Source: Octopus bimaculoides (lineage: Eukaryota). From it: DNA of 53,507 nt. The translations under genes and the position numbers were made by a program. Positions 1 through 10,915 of the stretch are shown here, one piece after another; the stretch's first letter is position 1, and each line of letters opens with the position of its first letter. The DNA lies in assembly GCF_001194135.2 (NCBI RefSeq), contig NC_069004.1, positions 23,588,749 to 23,642,255 of the forward strand. The letters are read 5' to 3'. A model generated the notes under the pieces. That model worked only from the letters and a program-made list of their open reading frames with translations. It searched no databases and was not told the origin of the DNA.

Positions 1-2
1 TG

Positions 3-332
3 TTAGCAATGGTTAAGTTTGGGTTTGTATTTTTGAATGAAAAAGGTTTCCTTATTTAATCTAATCTGTGTTGGTGTTTTAATGGCACATTGATAAAAAG
101 GAAAGATTATAAATTGTGGTAGCATTTGTTTTGCGCATTTCTCAATATGATCACTAAAAGGTATCATTCGGTATTCTGGGTATGCAATCTGCTGGCGGTG
201 CAGAGTGCATCTACGTCTGAGCGATAATCCTGTGGTCTCTATGTAGTTCTCGTGGCAGCCCGGACATCTTATTATATAAATAAGATTTTCTGAGGCACAA
301 GTAAAGTTAGATTTAACTTTGAATTTGTGTCC
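3..332 (-). mobile_element. Penelope-like element GIY-YIG endonuclease C-terminal region (open frame to stop codon)
   Basis: Manual minus-strand translation: HKFKVKSNFTCASENLIYIIRCPGCHENYIETTGLSLRRRCTLHRQQIAYPEYRMIPFSDHIEKCAKQMLPQFIIFPFYQCAIKTPTQIRLNKETFFIQKYKPKLNHC*. It has LIY...YI(G>E), CxxC, R..H and the terminal E..I....P.LN pattern of PLE endonucleases. Absent from the ORF track (no start codon). Confidence 0.9.
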
Positions 333-371
333 CTATACATACACACAAACACACATACACTTATATATGTG

Positions 372-428
<57 letters not shown>

Positions 429-789
429 GTGCGTACACACACATTTTCTGCTACAAAATCACTTATCTTGTATATGCCGATAACTGTATGTGTTTGTGTT
501 TGTTCTTGTTTGTGTGTGTGCATATATATATTCATACTCACACATGTATGTAGACACACATGCCTGCAGACATGCATATATGTATCATATTTAGATATAT
601 TTATATAATGTTTAATGTATGAAGGTGTGAAGGTGCAGGTGTACTCAATTACTCAGTGCTTGCATTGAAGTTTATTAACCTCGGTAAATGTGTGTAGGTG
701 TGTATGTGTATGTGTGTGTGTGTGTGTTATGTATTTAAGTCTCTGCTTCACTAGATTCATATTTAGATCCACATTCATCTCACAGCCAT

Positions 790-1090
790 GTGCAGTTGTC
801 TGGGTATCCATTAAAATGACTGGGTATTTATAATGTTCTCAGATAACCGCAGTTCCTCAAATATCATATGAAAGTGGTCAGAAGACCTTTCTTACATAAT
901 TTATTATCACATTGCCATGCTGGAACAATCTGACTGGAAGGAGAAGAATAGTTCCAACAACATGGTAGAAGTTAGAGGACAGCCGTATGTCCATCTACTT
1001 TTGTTAGTAATGTATGTGAATGGGATTAAAGTGTAGAAGACAGCTATTGTATTAGCTGGCACCGAAGATGCTCTCTTGCAAAAGATGTAC
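790..1090 (-). pseudogene. Possible heavily decayed PLE reverse transcriptase remnant
   Basis: Fragments in shifting frames (AVFYTLIP; VDGH/GCPLTSTMLLELF; LRNCGY/ENIINT) loosely resemble the PLE RT motifs SLYTNIP, DG..MGSPLSP.LANLF and L.NNGYP. Spacing is too short, but it lies upstream of the GIY-YIG on the same strand. Confidence 0.3.
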
Positions 1091-1190
1091 TTCTGTTTTG
1101 CAAGTATATTTTGTAGATAAAACAAATTTAGTATTAAAAGGTAAATAAAGAAAACTTCTAGCAATGCCGAAAGTTTTATAAAAAAAAAAA

Positions 1191-1229
1191 TCTTTATAGT
1201 TTGGGTGCAAAGTTCCATCCTCAGAAAGA
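1191..1229 (-). ncRNA. Degenerate hammerhead-like motif (PLE tail)
   Basis: Minus strand TCTTT-CTGAGGA-TGGAACTTTGCACC-CAAAC-TAT-AAAGA. Core box CUGAGGA and helix I (UCUUU/AAAGA) are present, GAAA is mutated to CAAA. Lies about 200 bp downstream of the PLE remnant at 1445-1597. Confidence 0.45.
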
Positions 1230-1444
1230 AGCATTCCAAGGAATGTCTAGTTACATTGATTTTATTATTTTATTTAAACTGCTCGGTGTTTGTGTTAGCA
1301 GCAGCAGCAGCATCAGCAACTCTCCAACTACCGGAGCAAATAACTCTCCAACTGTTGGTCCTTGTGACATATTTTCACATGGTGGTGGTGGAAGATGGTG
1401 TTTTGTGGCATATGTTATGATGTTGGTCATAGTTGCCAGCCCAA

Positions 1445-1597
1445 CTGCAATTGTCTGTTAATTTTGGGGTTGAGGCAGTGAATCAGTATAGCATCCTTGA
1501 TGTGAATACTTCCTGTATCCTTCTCTGAGGCCAATCTGGAGGCATCTATCTCTTTGGTGGTGTTGCTACATTTGGTTAAGTGTTAGTGGAAGGAAGA
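1445..1597 (-). mobile_element. Second PLE GIY-YIG C-terminal remnant
   Basis: Translation SSFH*HLTKCSNTTKEIDASRLASEKDTGSIHIKDAILIHCLNPKINRQLQ matches the PLE terminal pattern (S.I..HL..C ... IKEAI.I..L.P.LNRQ); one in-frame stop. Confidence 0.7.
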
Positions 1598-2346
1598 CAT
1601 GTCAGTAGTGATGTACACTTATAAATTTAGTATGATTTTTCATATGCTTATTGAAAGATATTTTAAAATGGTTTTGCAGAGGAAAGTGTAAGATTCTGTC
1701 CTTGTAAATACAATGTTGTGACACTATATTAGAATAGTATTTAATCGTGAATTTATATTTAAACTATGTTATTTAAGTACTAAATTTCAATTCTTTCCCC
1801 TTTCAAATTAATTGTAGAGTTGTTTATATTTTCGTTAAGAAAATTGCAGTACAAGATGTGAAACTTGCATTTTTTGCTATGATGGTTTGTGTTAACACAG
1901 GCGGCCACCACAGTGGTGCGCCATTGCTATGGTTTTGTTGTCATCTACTCATTATAAATAGTTGATGAGCAAATGAAAGTTTAACATTCCTTTCATCTTC
2001 CTTGAAGAATTTTCATTTAGATAATTAACAAATGTTTCTTAAAGGTAAAGCAGTCATTAAATAATGTAAGCCACATACCAGGTGTAAGCTATGTATATAT
2101 ATGAAAGGAGTTATAACAAAAAGTGTAATCTCTCCACACAAATATTGATGTACCATAATCAATTTTTTGTAAGTTTATGCTAATAGACTGTGATGTTTTG
2201 GCTTGTTTTCAATATTTCATAATTAGTTTTAAGTTTAATCTCTTCAGTTTTTCTATAGAATTTAGAACCAGCATTGAAAGTCAAGTTTCATATATGCATA
2301 TGTCTATGTAAACAGTGAGATCGAAGATAGAAAAATAGGTAATGGG

Positions 2347-2392
2347 TGTATATGCATGTTTCAGGAGTTATTGCTCCTTCTTCAGTATCACA
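2347..2392 (-). ncRNA. Minimal type I hammerhead-like motif with mutated cleavage triplet
   Basis: TGTGATA-CTGAAGA-AGGAG-CAATAA-CTCCT-GAAAC-AT-GCA-TATACA. Intact CUGAAGA/GAAA core, 5-bp helix II and a bulged helix I; the triplet is GCA rather than GUH. Confidence 0.7.
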
Positions 2393-2900
2393 TCCAACCC
2401 ATTAAGCATCCATGAACTCATTGTTTAAATACCCAATAAGTTTATTGGTGTAACACGATTGGGTGGACCAATTTACATACTAAACACATTTCTGGTAACT
2501 GGTATGTACATATCAATTGTTTGTAGAGGCACTGTAGTTTGTTTGTTTTGCAATCATAAGAGAATAAAATTGAAACTCAGTACTGGTATAATGTAGTTTA
2601 GATATGATAATATTATGGTTGCATTGTTTATAAAGATTTATTTGTATACAAAATGTAACTTTCAGTGCTGGCCCTAAATTCTATTGGAACCTGTAGAGAT
2701 AAACTTAGAAAGGATTGGATCAAACTGTTAACACAAAAGATAGGATTCATTGTTGACTTATAGACCTTTAATATATTTGGTTGCAAAATGAAATACTGTG
2801 TCCTTGCCAGCAATAAATTTATAATTAGTAACAATTACTGATTCTCATCTGGTTCCCATACCTATGACTCAGTCTCCCATCTTTGATACAGCCATGTTAA

Positions 2901-3122
2901 CCCTTTCATTACCATATTTTTGTTGAGATACTCTGTGTTCCTTTCAATTAATTTTAAATATAACAAAGAATTTAGTAAGATAACTTTGTTATCATTAAGC
3001 TCATATTAGGAACATAAATTGTAACTAAGGTTTGGTGGAAGATTTTAATTCAAAACTTATGAAAACAAGACATTTGTACTACAAAGCCAGAGGCGGTTTC
3101 AACCAGGTTGGTATCGAAAGGG
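2901..3122. mobile_element. piggyBac-type MITE
   Basis: Termini CCCTTTC...GAAAGGG flanked by TTAA on both sides (2897-2900 and 3123-3126). Confidence 0.85.
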
Positions 3123-3663
3123 TTAAACACAGAGAAATTTTTTATGCATTTTTAAAAATAAAATGTATATAGTATATATCCAACTAGTTAGTCTCTCTAA
3201 TTAGTGGTCAATATGGTGAAAAAATGTAGAGAACAGTTAAATAACTATCTCAGTCTATTTCTTTGTTAGTCCTTGATGATAATGATTCGATAGCTAATTC
3301 TTTGATATGATTCATTACACTTTGTAACAAAATTTTAATTTTTTATTTGTCTTTGGTCAGTAAACGTTATTTCCTATTTGCATCTTTCTAGAAATCAAAG
3401 GAAATCACTACTATTCCCTTCAAACATTGTTTTATCGATTCTGCCTGTTCACCACCCTAATAATAATAATAGTTATTTCATTTATTTGCCAAAAGGGTGA
3501 AGAATGAGGGGGACAATACAAAGACAGACACAAAGTGTGGGGGTTTACATGTAATGAAAAAAATGAAAGAAAGTAAGTATACACTCTATGCAGGGAAAAA
3601 GAAGGGACATATGCATGGAATACAAAGGTTTAAAAAAATTATCAGCACAGTTTATTTCATGTT

Positions 3664-3895
3664 TCTCCCATTCACTCAGCTGTAGAAATGAGTTGCAACG
3701 TCACAGATGCAAAGCTGTATCGGCCTTCGCCTTTCCCTTGGATAACATCAGTGGTGTGGAGAGGGGAGGCTGGTATGCATGGGTGACCACTGGTCTTCCA
3801 TAAACAACCTTGCCCGGACTTTTGCCTGGGAGAGGAACTTTCTAGGTGCAATCCCATGGTCAGTCATGACCGAAGGGGGTCTTTACTTTTACCAT
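3664..3895 (+). mobile_element. SINE family D, 5'-truncated copy
   Basis: Homologous to 16367-16675 (-) and to the tRNA-headed copy 49023-49335 (+); TTTAC(C/T)-type tail. Confidence 0.75.
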
Positions 3896-3914
3896 ACCAT
3901 TACATAATAATAAC

Positions 3915-4631
3915 AACAAGACCACTCAGAGAGGGCAAACTTCCACCAAGGCAACACCAACATCCTCTCAATGATTAACCAGAGATAATTTTTAAAATGA
4001 GAATATCTGAAATAAACTGGACTGATCTCACAAACAAGAATATTCAAAATGAACCTGACTACACTCTAATGGAAAAATAATCCGAATATATACATATTGA
4101 GTGAGACGAGATGAAATACTAATACAGTGAAGGAGGAGTAGTGAGAGTAATAGCCATGACTGAGAGAAATTTATGACAATGAGAAAGATGAAATGAAGTG
4201 GCCAAGAGAGCGTCGTATGACTGAGAAAGGAAGGGGGATAGATGAAGAATGAAGGAAAGAGTGAAAAACAGATAAACGGCTGAGTATATGTATGTGTAAA
4301 TGTGTGTGAATATACGTGTGTGTAAAAGAGAGGTATGTTTGTGTGTGTACAATGGAAATAGGATAGTAATATTCAACGCTGAAAATGTGTGAGTGTATGT
4401 ATATGTGTGTGTGTGTGTGTACAAGAGAACTACGTGAAACTTTATATATACATGTAAAGTAAGAAGAATTGGAGAAATAATCTAGAATCCTTGTCCAGTA
4501 TTGGATCAATCCCAAAATCTAATGAGACCGTGCCAGTCACAAGGCCAAACATCCCTGAAAGTTTGTCCACGGACAAACAAACAAACATGATAAAAAACAA
4601 TACCTTCTGCCTTCGCTAAGGTGTAGGTAAT
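3915..4631 (+). mobile_element. Probable Helentron-associated (HINE/DINE-1-like) non-autonomous element
   Basis: Left end AACAAGACCACTCAGAGAGGGCAAACTTCCACCAAGG and right end AATACCTTCTGCCTTCGCTAAGGTGTAGGTAAT, with a terminal hairpin, degenerate subterminal inverted repeats and a (CAAA)n tract near the 3' end. Family assignment is from memory. Confidence 0.45.
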
Positions 4632-4650
4632 AATAATAATAATAATAATG

Positions 4651-4690
<40 letters not shown>

Positions 4691-4884
4691 TTTCAAATTT
4701 TGGTGCAAGGCCAGCAGTTTTGGGAAAGGGGCTAAGTTGGTTACATTGGCCTCAGTGCTGAACTGGTACTTATTTTATTGGCCCCGAAAGGACGAAAGGC
4801 AAAGTTGGTGGAATTTGAACTCAGACAGATGAAATGCTACTGACCATTCTGCTAGGCTCACTGCCTTATTATTATTGTTGCTAT

Positions 4885-5167
4885 TCATCATCATCATCAT
4901 CATCATCGTCGTCGTCGTTTAACGTCTGCTTTCCATGCTAGCATGGGTTGGACAATTTGACTGAGGACTGGTGAACCAGATGGCTACACCAGGCTCCAAT
5001 CTGATTTGGGAAAATTTCTACAGCTGGATGCCCTTCCTAACGCCAACCACTCCGAGAGTGTAGTGGGTGCTTTTATGTGCTACAGCACGAAGGCCAGTCA
5101 GGAGGTACTGGCAACGGCCACGCTCAAAATGGTGTATTTTACGTGCCACCTGCACAGGAGCCAGTTC
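4885..5167 (-). mobile_element. SINE family C ((GAT)n tail), truncated by gap
   Basis: Tail CCCATGCTAGCATGGAAAGCAGACGTTAAACGACGACG-ATGATG shared with 12020-12486 and other copies. Confidence 0.85.
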
Positions 5168-5516
5168 NNNNNNNNNNNNNNNNNNNNNNNNNNNNNNNNN
5201 NNNNNNNNNNNNNNNNNNNNNNNNNNNNNNNNNNNNNNNNNNNNNNNNNNNNNNNNNNNNNNNNNNNNNNNNNNNNNNNNNNNNNNNNNNNNNNNNNNNN
5301 NNNNNNNNNNNNNNNNNNNNNNNNNNNNNNNNNNNNNNNNNNNNNNNNNNNNNNNNNNNNNNNNNNNNNNNNNNNNNNNNNNNNNNNNNNNNNNNNNNNN
5401 NNNNNNNNNNNNNNNNNNNNNNNNNNNNNNNNNNNNNNNNNNNNNNNNNNNNNNNNNNNNNNNNNNNNNNNNNNNNNNNNNNNNNNNNNNNNNNNNNNNN
5501 NNNNNNNNNNNNNNNN

Positions 5517-5554
<38 letters not shown>

Positions 5555-6005
5555 AATAATAATAATAATAATAATAATCTTTTCTACTCTAGACACAAGG
5601 CCTAAATTTTGGGGGAGGGGGCCAGTTGATTAGATCAACCTCAGTACACAACTGGTACTTAATTTATCGACCTCCAAAAGGATGAGAGGTAAAGTCGACA
5701 TCAGCGGAATTTGACCTCAGAACATAAAGACGGATGAAATACCACTAAGCATTTTGCCTGCCTTATAATTAATAATAATAATGATGATAATAATAATTCT
5801 TTCTACTGGAAGTACAAGGCCTCAAATTTGGGGGAAGGAATTAAGTCAATTACATGATTACATCGATGGTACTTAATCTATCAACCCTGAAAGGAGGAAA
5901 GGCGAAGTTAACCTTAGTGGAACTTGAACTCAGAACATAGTGACAGGCAAAATACCACTAAGCATTTCATGCAGTGTACTAATGATTTTGCCAGCTCACT
6001 GCCTT

Positions 6006-6039
<34 letters not shown>

Positions 6040-6270
6040 GGACCTTTTGAGTAGGTTGGGCTACTCAATCTGAAGAGAATTCTAACTGGGCTCCACCTGT
6101 AAGGTCATGCGCTGTTTATCTTGATATGAGATCACCATGTCACGCACATGTGGTTGTGATGCATGTGCCTTGTGTACCCTTATAAGACAGGTAGTCATTC
6201 TGGGTGGATTAGTCTCCATATACTTGTACCCCAGTGTCATTTTGATGGCATGCACTGCTCTCTCACTCAA
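6040..6270 (+). repeat. Unassigned element ending in (AAT)n, embedded in an AAT array
   Basis: Complex 230-bp sequence with AAT repeats on both sides, ending CTCTCACTC-AATAATAAT; resembles a retroelement 3' end. No recognisable coding motif. Confidence 0.4.
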
Positions 6271-6564
6271 TAATAATGATTTCAAATTTTGGCACAATGC
6301 CAGCAAGTTTGGGGGGAGGGTTTCAGTTGATTACATTGACCCCTGCGCTCAACTGGTACTTTTTTTTTATCAACTCTGAAAGAATGACAGGCAAAGTCGA
6401 CCTTGGTGGCATTTGAACTCAGAACATAAAGGTGAACAGAATACCCCAAAGCATTTTGCCTGGTGTTTTAATGATTCTCCCTGCTCACCACCTTAATAAC
6501 AATAATAATGATAATAATAATAATAGTAAGAAGAAGAAGAAGAAGAGTATCACTACCGCCATCA

Positions 6565-6677
6565 TCACCAACCGATATCGTCATAATCTACATCAGTAAA
6601 TTTAGTACATGCTTTGGAAAACAAATTTTGAAAATTTCTTGAAAGAGATATCAAATATTTGACCCTGTCAGGGAAAG
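6565..6677 (-). CDS. Candidate terminal coding exon, unknown protein
   Basis: Strong acceptor TTTATCTTTTTTCTTTTTCTGGATACAG followed by an open frame (A)FPDRVKYLISLSRNFQNLFSKACTKFTDVDYDDIGW* in non-repetitive sequence. No homology recognised. Confidence 0.35.
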
Positions 6678-6995
6678 CTGTATCCAGAAAAAAGAAAAAA
6701 GATAAACTGCGTAAGGATAAAAAAGCAACAAAATTCCCCTCTCTCATAAACATATGTACATACAAGCTTTCACACACACACACACAAACATACACACAGC
6801 CTTTTATGTATAACAGTGGTTGCACTGTTAACGGTTATTTTTTTATCAGTCTGCTGTCGTATGCAGTCATCCCCCGTTTGAAATGTAAACCTTGCTTATT
6901 CTACAAATAACTAACCAGATGACATTATATACTTCCAGTAGTAGTCATACTGAACAAATTTATGTTTTCTGCTTCAGAATATATGTACACACCAT

Positions 6996-7026
<31 letters not shown>

Positions 7027-7283
7027 AGTATGGATGTGTGGTTAAGAAAGCTCACTTTGCAGCCAAAAGATTTCCAGTTTGATTCCACTTTGAAGTACAT
7101 TGAGCAAGTTTCTTCTGCGAAAGTCTGGGGTCATTGAATGCCTTGTGAGTGAATTTTGTTGATGGAGATTGTGTGGAAGCTTGTATATACATATGTGTGT
7201 TTCAATTGTGTTGCAAGAAGAAGGAAGGTTGCTCATGTCATCTTCCTCTTTCTTTCCCTGCACATCTGAACATCAACTTTTCA

Positions 7284-7327
7284 GAATGTACTGATGAAGG
7301 GGTCATAACCCCAAAATATAGAAATTC
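7284..7327 (+). ncRNA. Degenerate hammerhead-like motif
   Basis: GAATGTA-CTGATGA-AGGGG-TCATAA-CCCC-AAAA-TATA-GAAATTC. CUGAUGA box and 4-bp helix II are present, G12 is replaced by A, helix I is partial. Confidence 0.55.
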
Positions 7328-8009
7328 AAGGTAAAACTACTACTTTGTTTTGTTTTGTTTTCTTTTCCTTTTGTAGTTTACTTTGTATCTTCTTGCATTC
7401 TTCTGGCTTCACACAACACATCTCTTTAAATGATTATAGTAATAGTAATTTTTTTCTTTAATATTTGAAAGAGACCTCCTACTTTCTTTCGTATAAAACT
7501 CTGAAATTAACTGTCATGTTTTCAGCGTTAATTAGGATGAACACAAGTTGTTATTTTCTTTTGTGTCTTCCCATTATAATTGTGTGATTTCATCTTCATA
7601 AACTGTTGTTAAGGATGTTATTTACACAACAGACAGTGGTAGAGTTAATAAACTCTAATTCATTAGTAAGTCTTACTTTCGAGACAGTGAAAAATCTTAA
7701 ATTGATATATTGTGACATTGCTGTCATAGAAAATAGAAATGAAAGTTTGAGAAAACTCATACTGGTCTCTTAGTTGTAGAAATTATTTAAGTGATGTCTG
7801 AATATTTGGACAAGTTATTGTGTCAGGTAACTGGAGAAGAGGTGAATTTGTTAAAATTGATTCAAGTACTTGATTGATTCTGTATTTTGTTGACTCCCAG
7901 GTGGGAAAAAAAAAGGTGAAGTTGACCAAGATAGGATTTGAACTTACAACATTGTTATTATTAGATTGTGCATGTGATGACCCAGGACATCGCATGGGAG
8001 AAGAGGACA

Positions 8010-8270
8010 GGGCACAGTGTGTCCGGCTGTGACCAGTTAGTCTGAAATGTTCTCTGAAGGCTCTTCTGTAGGTTGGGCAGTGGTGGTCAGATGGGAATGA
8101 AGGCAAAGTGCTGGCTCTGTACTTACACACAGGCTGCATTTTCTTTGTGCCCCTATAATCCTGTTCTGTTTGTAGGAGGTGGTACCTTTCTTGGTGCAGC
8201 TTTGTCAGTTTGTCAGGCAGGGCAATCTTGTGCTTGCATTTCCTAGGTGTCAGGGTTGATCTTAAAGAGC
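8010..8270 (-). mobile_element. RTE-clade LINE ORF 3' remnant
   Basis: Across frameshifts: LFKINPDT*EMQAQD..., KKGTTSYKQNRIIGAQRKC, HHCPTYRRAFREHFRLTGHSRTH. This matches the RTE C-terminal AQDR..W / CPxCxRxFR..GL.SH.RTH zinc-finger-like end. Confidence 0.8.
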
Positions 8271-8467
8271 TACAACTAACTACTGCCTGACATTTTGTCC
8301 AACACTCTACTAATTCATTAATTTACTTCCCTGATAATTTATTTATAAGCTTAAGCACAACGTAACAAATTTTGAAGAAAGGGATGGATTAGTTAAATTG
8401 GGAACCTGAAAGATGAACGGTAAAGTTGACCTTGTAAATCTAGTTAATTTTTGAAAAACAGAGGTAT

Positions 8468-8631
8468 AGGCGCTGATGTGGTTGTCGGGTAAGAAGTTTA
8501 CTTCTCAACCACATGACTTTGGGTTCAACCCCATTGCATGGCACTTTGGACAATTATCTTCTACTATTACCTTGGGCCTGACCAAAACATTCTGAGTGGA
8601 TTTGGTAGATGGAAACTGAAAGATGCCCATC

Positions 8632-8695
<64 letters not shown>
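8468..8695 (+). mobile_element. SINE family A (tRNA-derived, internal TA/TG microsatellite), cut by gap
   Basis: Head GGCGCTGATGTGGTTGTCGGGTAAG...GGGTTCAACCC and body GGATTTGGTAGATGGAAACTGAAAGA, then (TG)n. Confidence 0.8.
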
Positions 8696-9805
8696 NNNNN
8701 NNNNNNNNNNNNNNNNNNNNNNNNNNNNNNNNNNNNNNNNNNNNNNNNNNNNNNNNNNNNNNNNNNNNNNNNNNNNNNNNNNNNNNNNNNNNNNNNNNNN
8801 NNNNNNNNNNNNNNNNNNNNNNNNNNNNNNNNNNNNNNNNNNNNNNNNNNNNNNNNNNNNNNNNNNNNNNNNNNNNNNNNNNNNNNNNNNNNNNNNNNNN
8901 NNNNNNNNNNNNNNNNNNNNNNNNNNNNNNNNNNNNNNNNNNNNNNNNNNNNNNNNNNNNNNNNNNNNNNNNNNNNNNNNNNNNNNNNNNNNNNNNNNNN
9001 NNNNNNNNNNNGTAGATCTCCTTCCTTTTTTGCTGTTTCTTGGGTAAATCCTTGAATCAAAGAGATAACGTCTGTTTCAAATCCCGTCCACCCCACTCTC
9101 TTCATAATCCCGCTCAAGTTACTCATCTCATCCTCTGTCATTAGCAAATGATGGCAAAATAGTCCTGCTGCTGTTGTTGGGGTTACTACCGGCGATCATC
9201 ATCATCGTCATCATCATTTAACATCTGTTCTCCATGTAGGCATGGGTTGGACAGTTTGACAGGAGGTGGGAAAGCTGGAGGGCTGTACCAGGTTCCAGTC
9301 ATCCGGATGCCTTTCCTAACACCAACCACTTTACACAGTGCACTGGTTGCTTTCTTTACAGCACCAATTTATGGCACTTCCAAATTGATGTTCTACCTAG
9401 TTGATAGAATATTTGTTCCACCACCCAATGTTCAAGACTTCCTCTAATCCCTCATTTGATGGCATATTTTTACTTGAATGAAGCCAGGTACCTATTCTAT
9501 CATTCTCTTTTGCTGAACCGCTAAGTTACGGTAACATAAACACGCCAATACTGGTTATCAAGTGGTGGTGGGAGACAAACACAGACACAAACACACACAC
9601 ACACCTTTTTATATTTTACTTGTTTCAGTCATTAGATTGCAGCCATGCTGGGGCACTGTCTCGAAGTGTTTCATTTCAACATATTGACCTCAGAACTTAT
9701 TATTTTTTTCAACCCTGGGACTTATTCTCTTGGTCTCTTTAACTGAGTTTCTAAGTTATGGGGAAGTAAACACACCAACACCGATTGCCAAGCAGTAATG
9801 GGGAG

Positions 9806-9854
<49 letters not shown>

Positions 9855-10240
9855 ATGATGATGATGATATATCTGTATAATAATCAAGGTGGCTAGATGC
9901 AATTCAAAACCAAAAAGGAAATAATTCGCCGTCACTAAAATGTGGCGAAGGGTATAGGGAGCATGAGCATTGCTAGAAATAAGAGTCAAAGAACTCTTTA
10001 GCCACAGAAGTACATTTTCTATTTACTGACAGGGGAGACAACCTCCCCACTGCATGCTAATTTTACAAGAAATTCAATGCTCATCAGTAATACTTACTCC
10101 AATGTGTGTGGTGAAGCCGAATTCTACGCCATCAGTATATATAGAAAATACCATAAGAATAAGTGGCTGATTCTACAAAATGGTAATGTGAAAATTATAA
10201 AATAATTAAGGTAGCTAGACACAATTCAAAACTTAAAAGG

Positions 10241-10637
10241 AAATGGCTGTGTGGTAAGTAGCTTGCTTACCAACCACATTGTTCCGGGTTCAGTCACACT
10301 GCGTGGCACCTTGGGCAAGTGTCTTCTACTATAGCCTCGGGCCGACCAAAGCTTTGTGAGTGGATTTGGTAGACGGAAACTGAAAGAAGCCCGTCGTATA
10401 TATGTATATATATATGTATGTGTGTGTGTGTTTGTGTGTCTGTTTGTCCCCCAACATCGCTTGACAACCGATGCTGGTGTGTTTACGTCCCCGTAACTTA
10501 GCGGTTCGGCAAAAGAGATCGATAGAATAAGTACTAGGCTTACAAAGGATAAGTCCTGGGGTCGATTTGCTCGACTAAAGGCGGTGCAACAGCATGGCTG
10601 CAGTCAGATGACTGAAACAAGTAAAAGAGTAAAGAGA
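10241..10637 (+). mobile_element. SINE family A, near-full copy
   Basis: ATGGCTGTGTGGTAAG...GGGTTCAGTC...GGCACCTTGGGCAAGTGTCTTCTACTATAGCC...internal (TA)(TG)...GCATGGCTGCAGTCAGATGACTGAAACAAGTAAAAGAG. The GCACCTTGGGCAAGT segment resembles the CORE domain. Confidence 0.9.
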
Positions 10638-10744
10638 GTATCACTTAAAAGTGACCAAGGGTGCAGAGAGCAGTATTGCTAGAAATATGAGTCAAAGACT
10701 CTTTAGCCACAAAAGCACATGTTCTATGTACTGACAAGGGAGAC

Positions 10745-10778
<34 letters not shown>

Positions 10779-10784
10779 GCAACA

Positions 10785-10915
10785 GGCTTCTTTCAGTTTC
10801 CCTCTACCAAATCCACTCACAAGGCCTTAGTCAGCCCAAGGCTATAGTAGAAGACACTCGCCCAAAGTGCTGGAGCCATGTGGTTGGGAAGCGAACTTAC
10901 CACACAGCCATGCCT
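10785..10915 (-). mobile_element. SINE family A 5' half
   Basis: Reverse complement of the family A head and body; inverted relative to 10241-10637. Confidence 0.8.

Larger units (their letters stand above)
4688..6494 (-). mobile_element. Cluster of four SINE family B copies (4688-4866, 5578-5762, 5797-6006, 6277-6494) separated by (AAT)n
   Basis: Shared core (sense) ...GAGTTCAAATTCCGCCGAGGTCGACTTTGCCTTTCATCCTTTCGGGGTCGATAAA-TAAGTACCAGT... with a B-box-like GAGTTCAAAT; all four are on the minus strand. Confidence 0.9.

Noticed and set aside
907-1239. 110-aa hydrophobic ORF with a WTYGCPL motif suggestive of a GPCR loop
   Set aside because: No other 7TM motifs or convincing splice sites; better explained, weakly, as a decayed PLE RT.
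2225-2250. CTGAAGA-GATTAAACTT-AAAAC (minus) as another hammerhead
   Set aside because: No GAAA, no helix I and no cleavage triplet; within chance expectation.
9055-9105. ATGAAGA...GAAACAGACGTT (minus) as a hammerhead
   Set aside because: Core C3 is absent, there is no helix II, and it overlaps a protein-like frame that is the simpler explanation.
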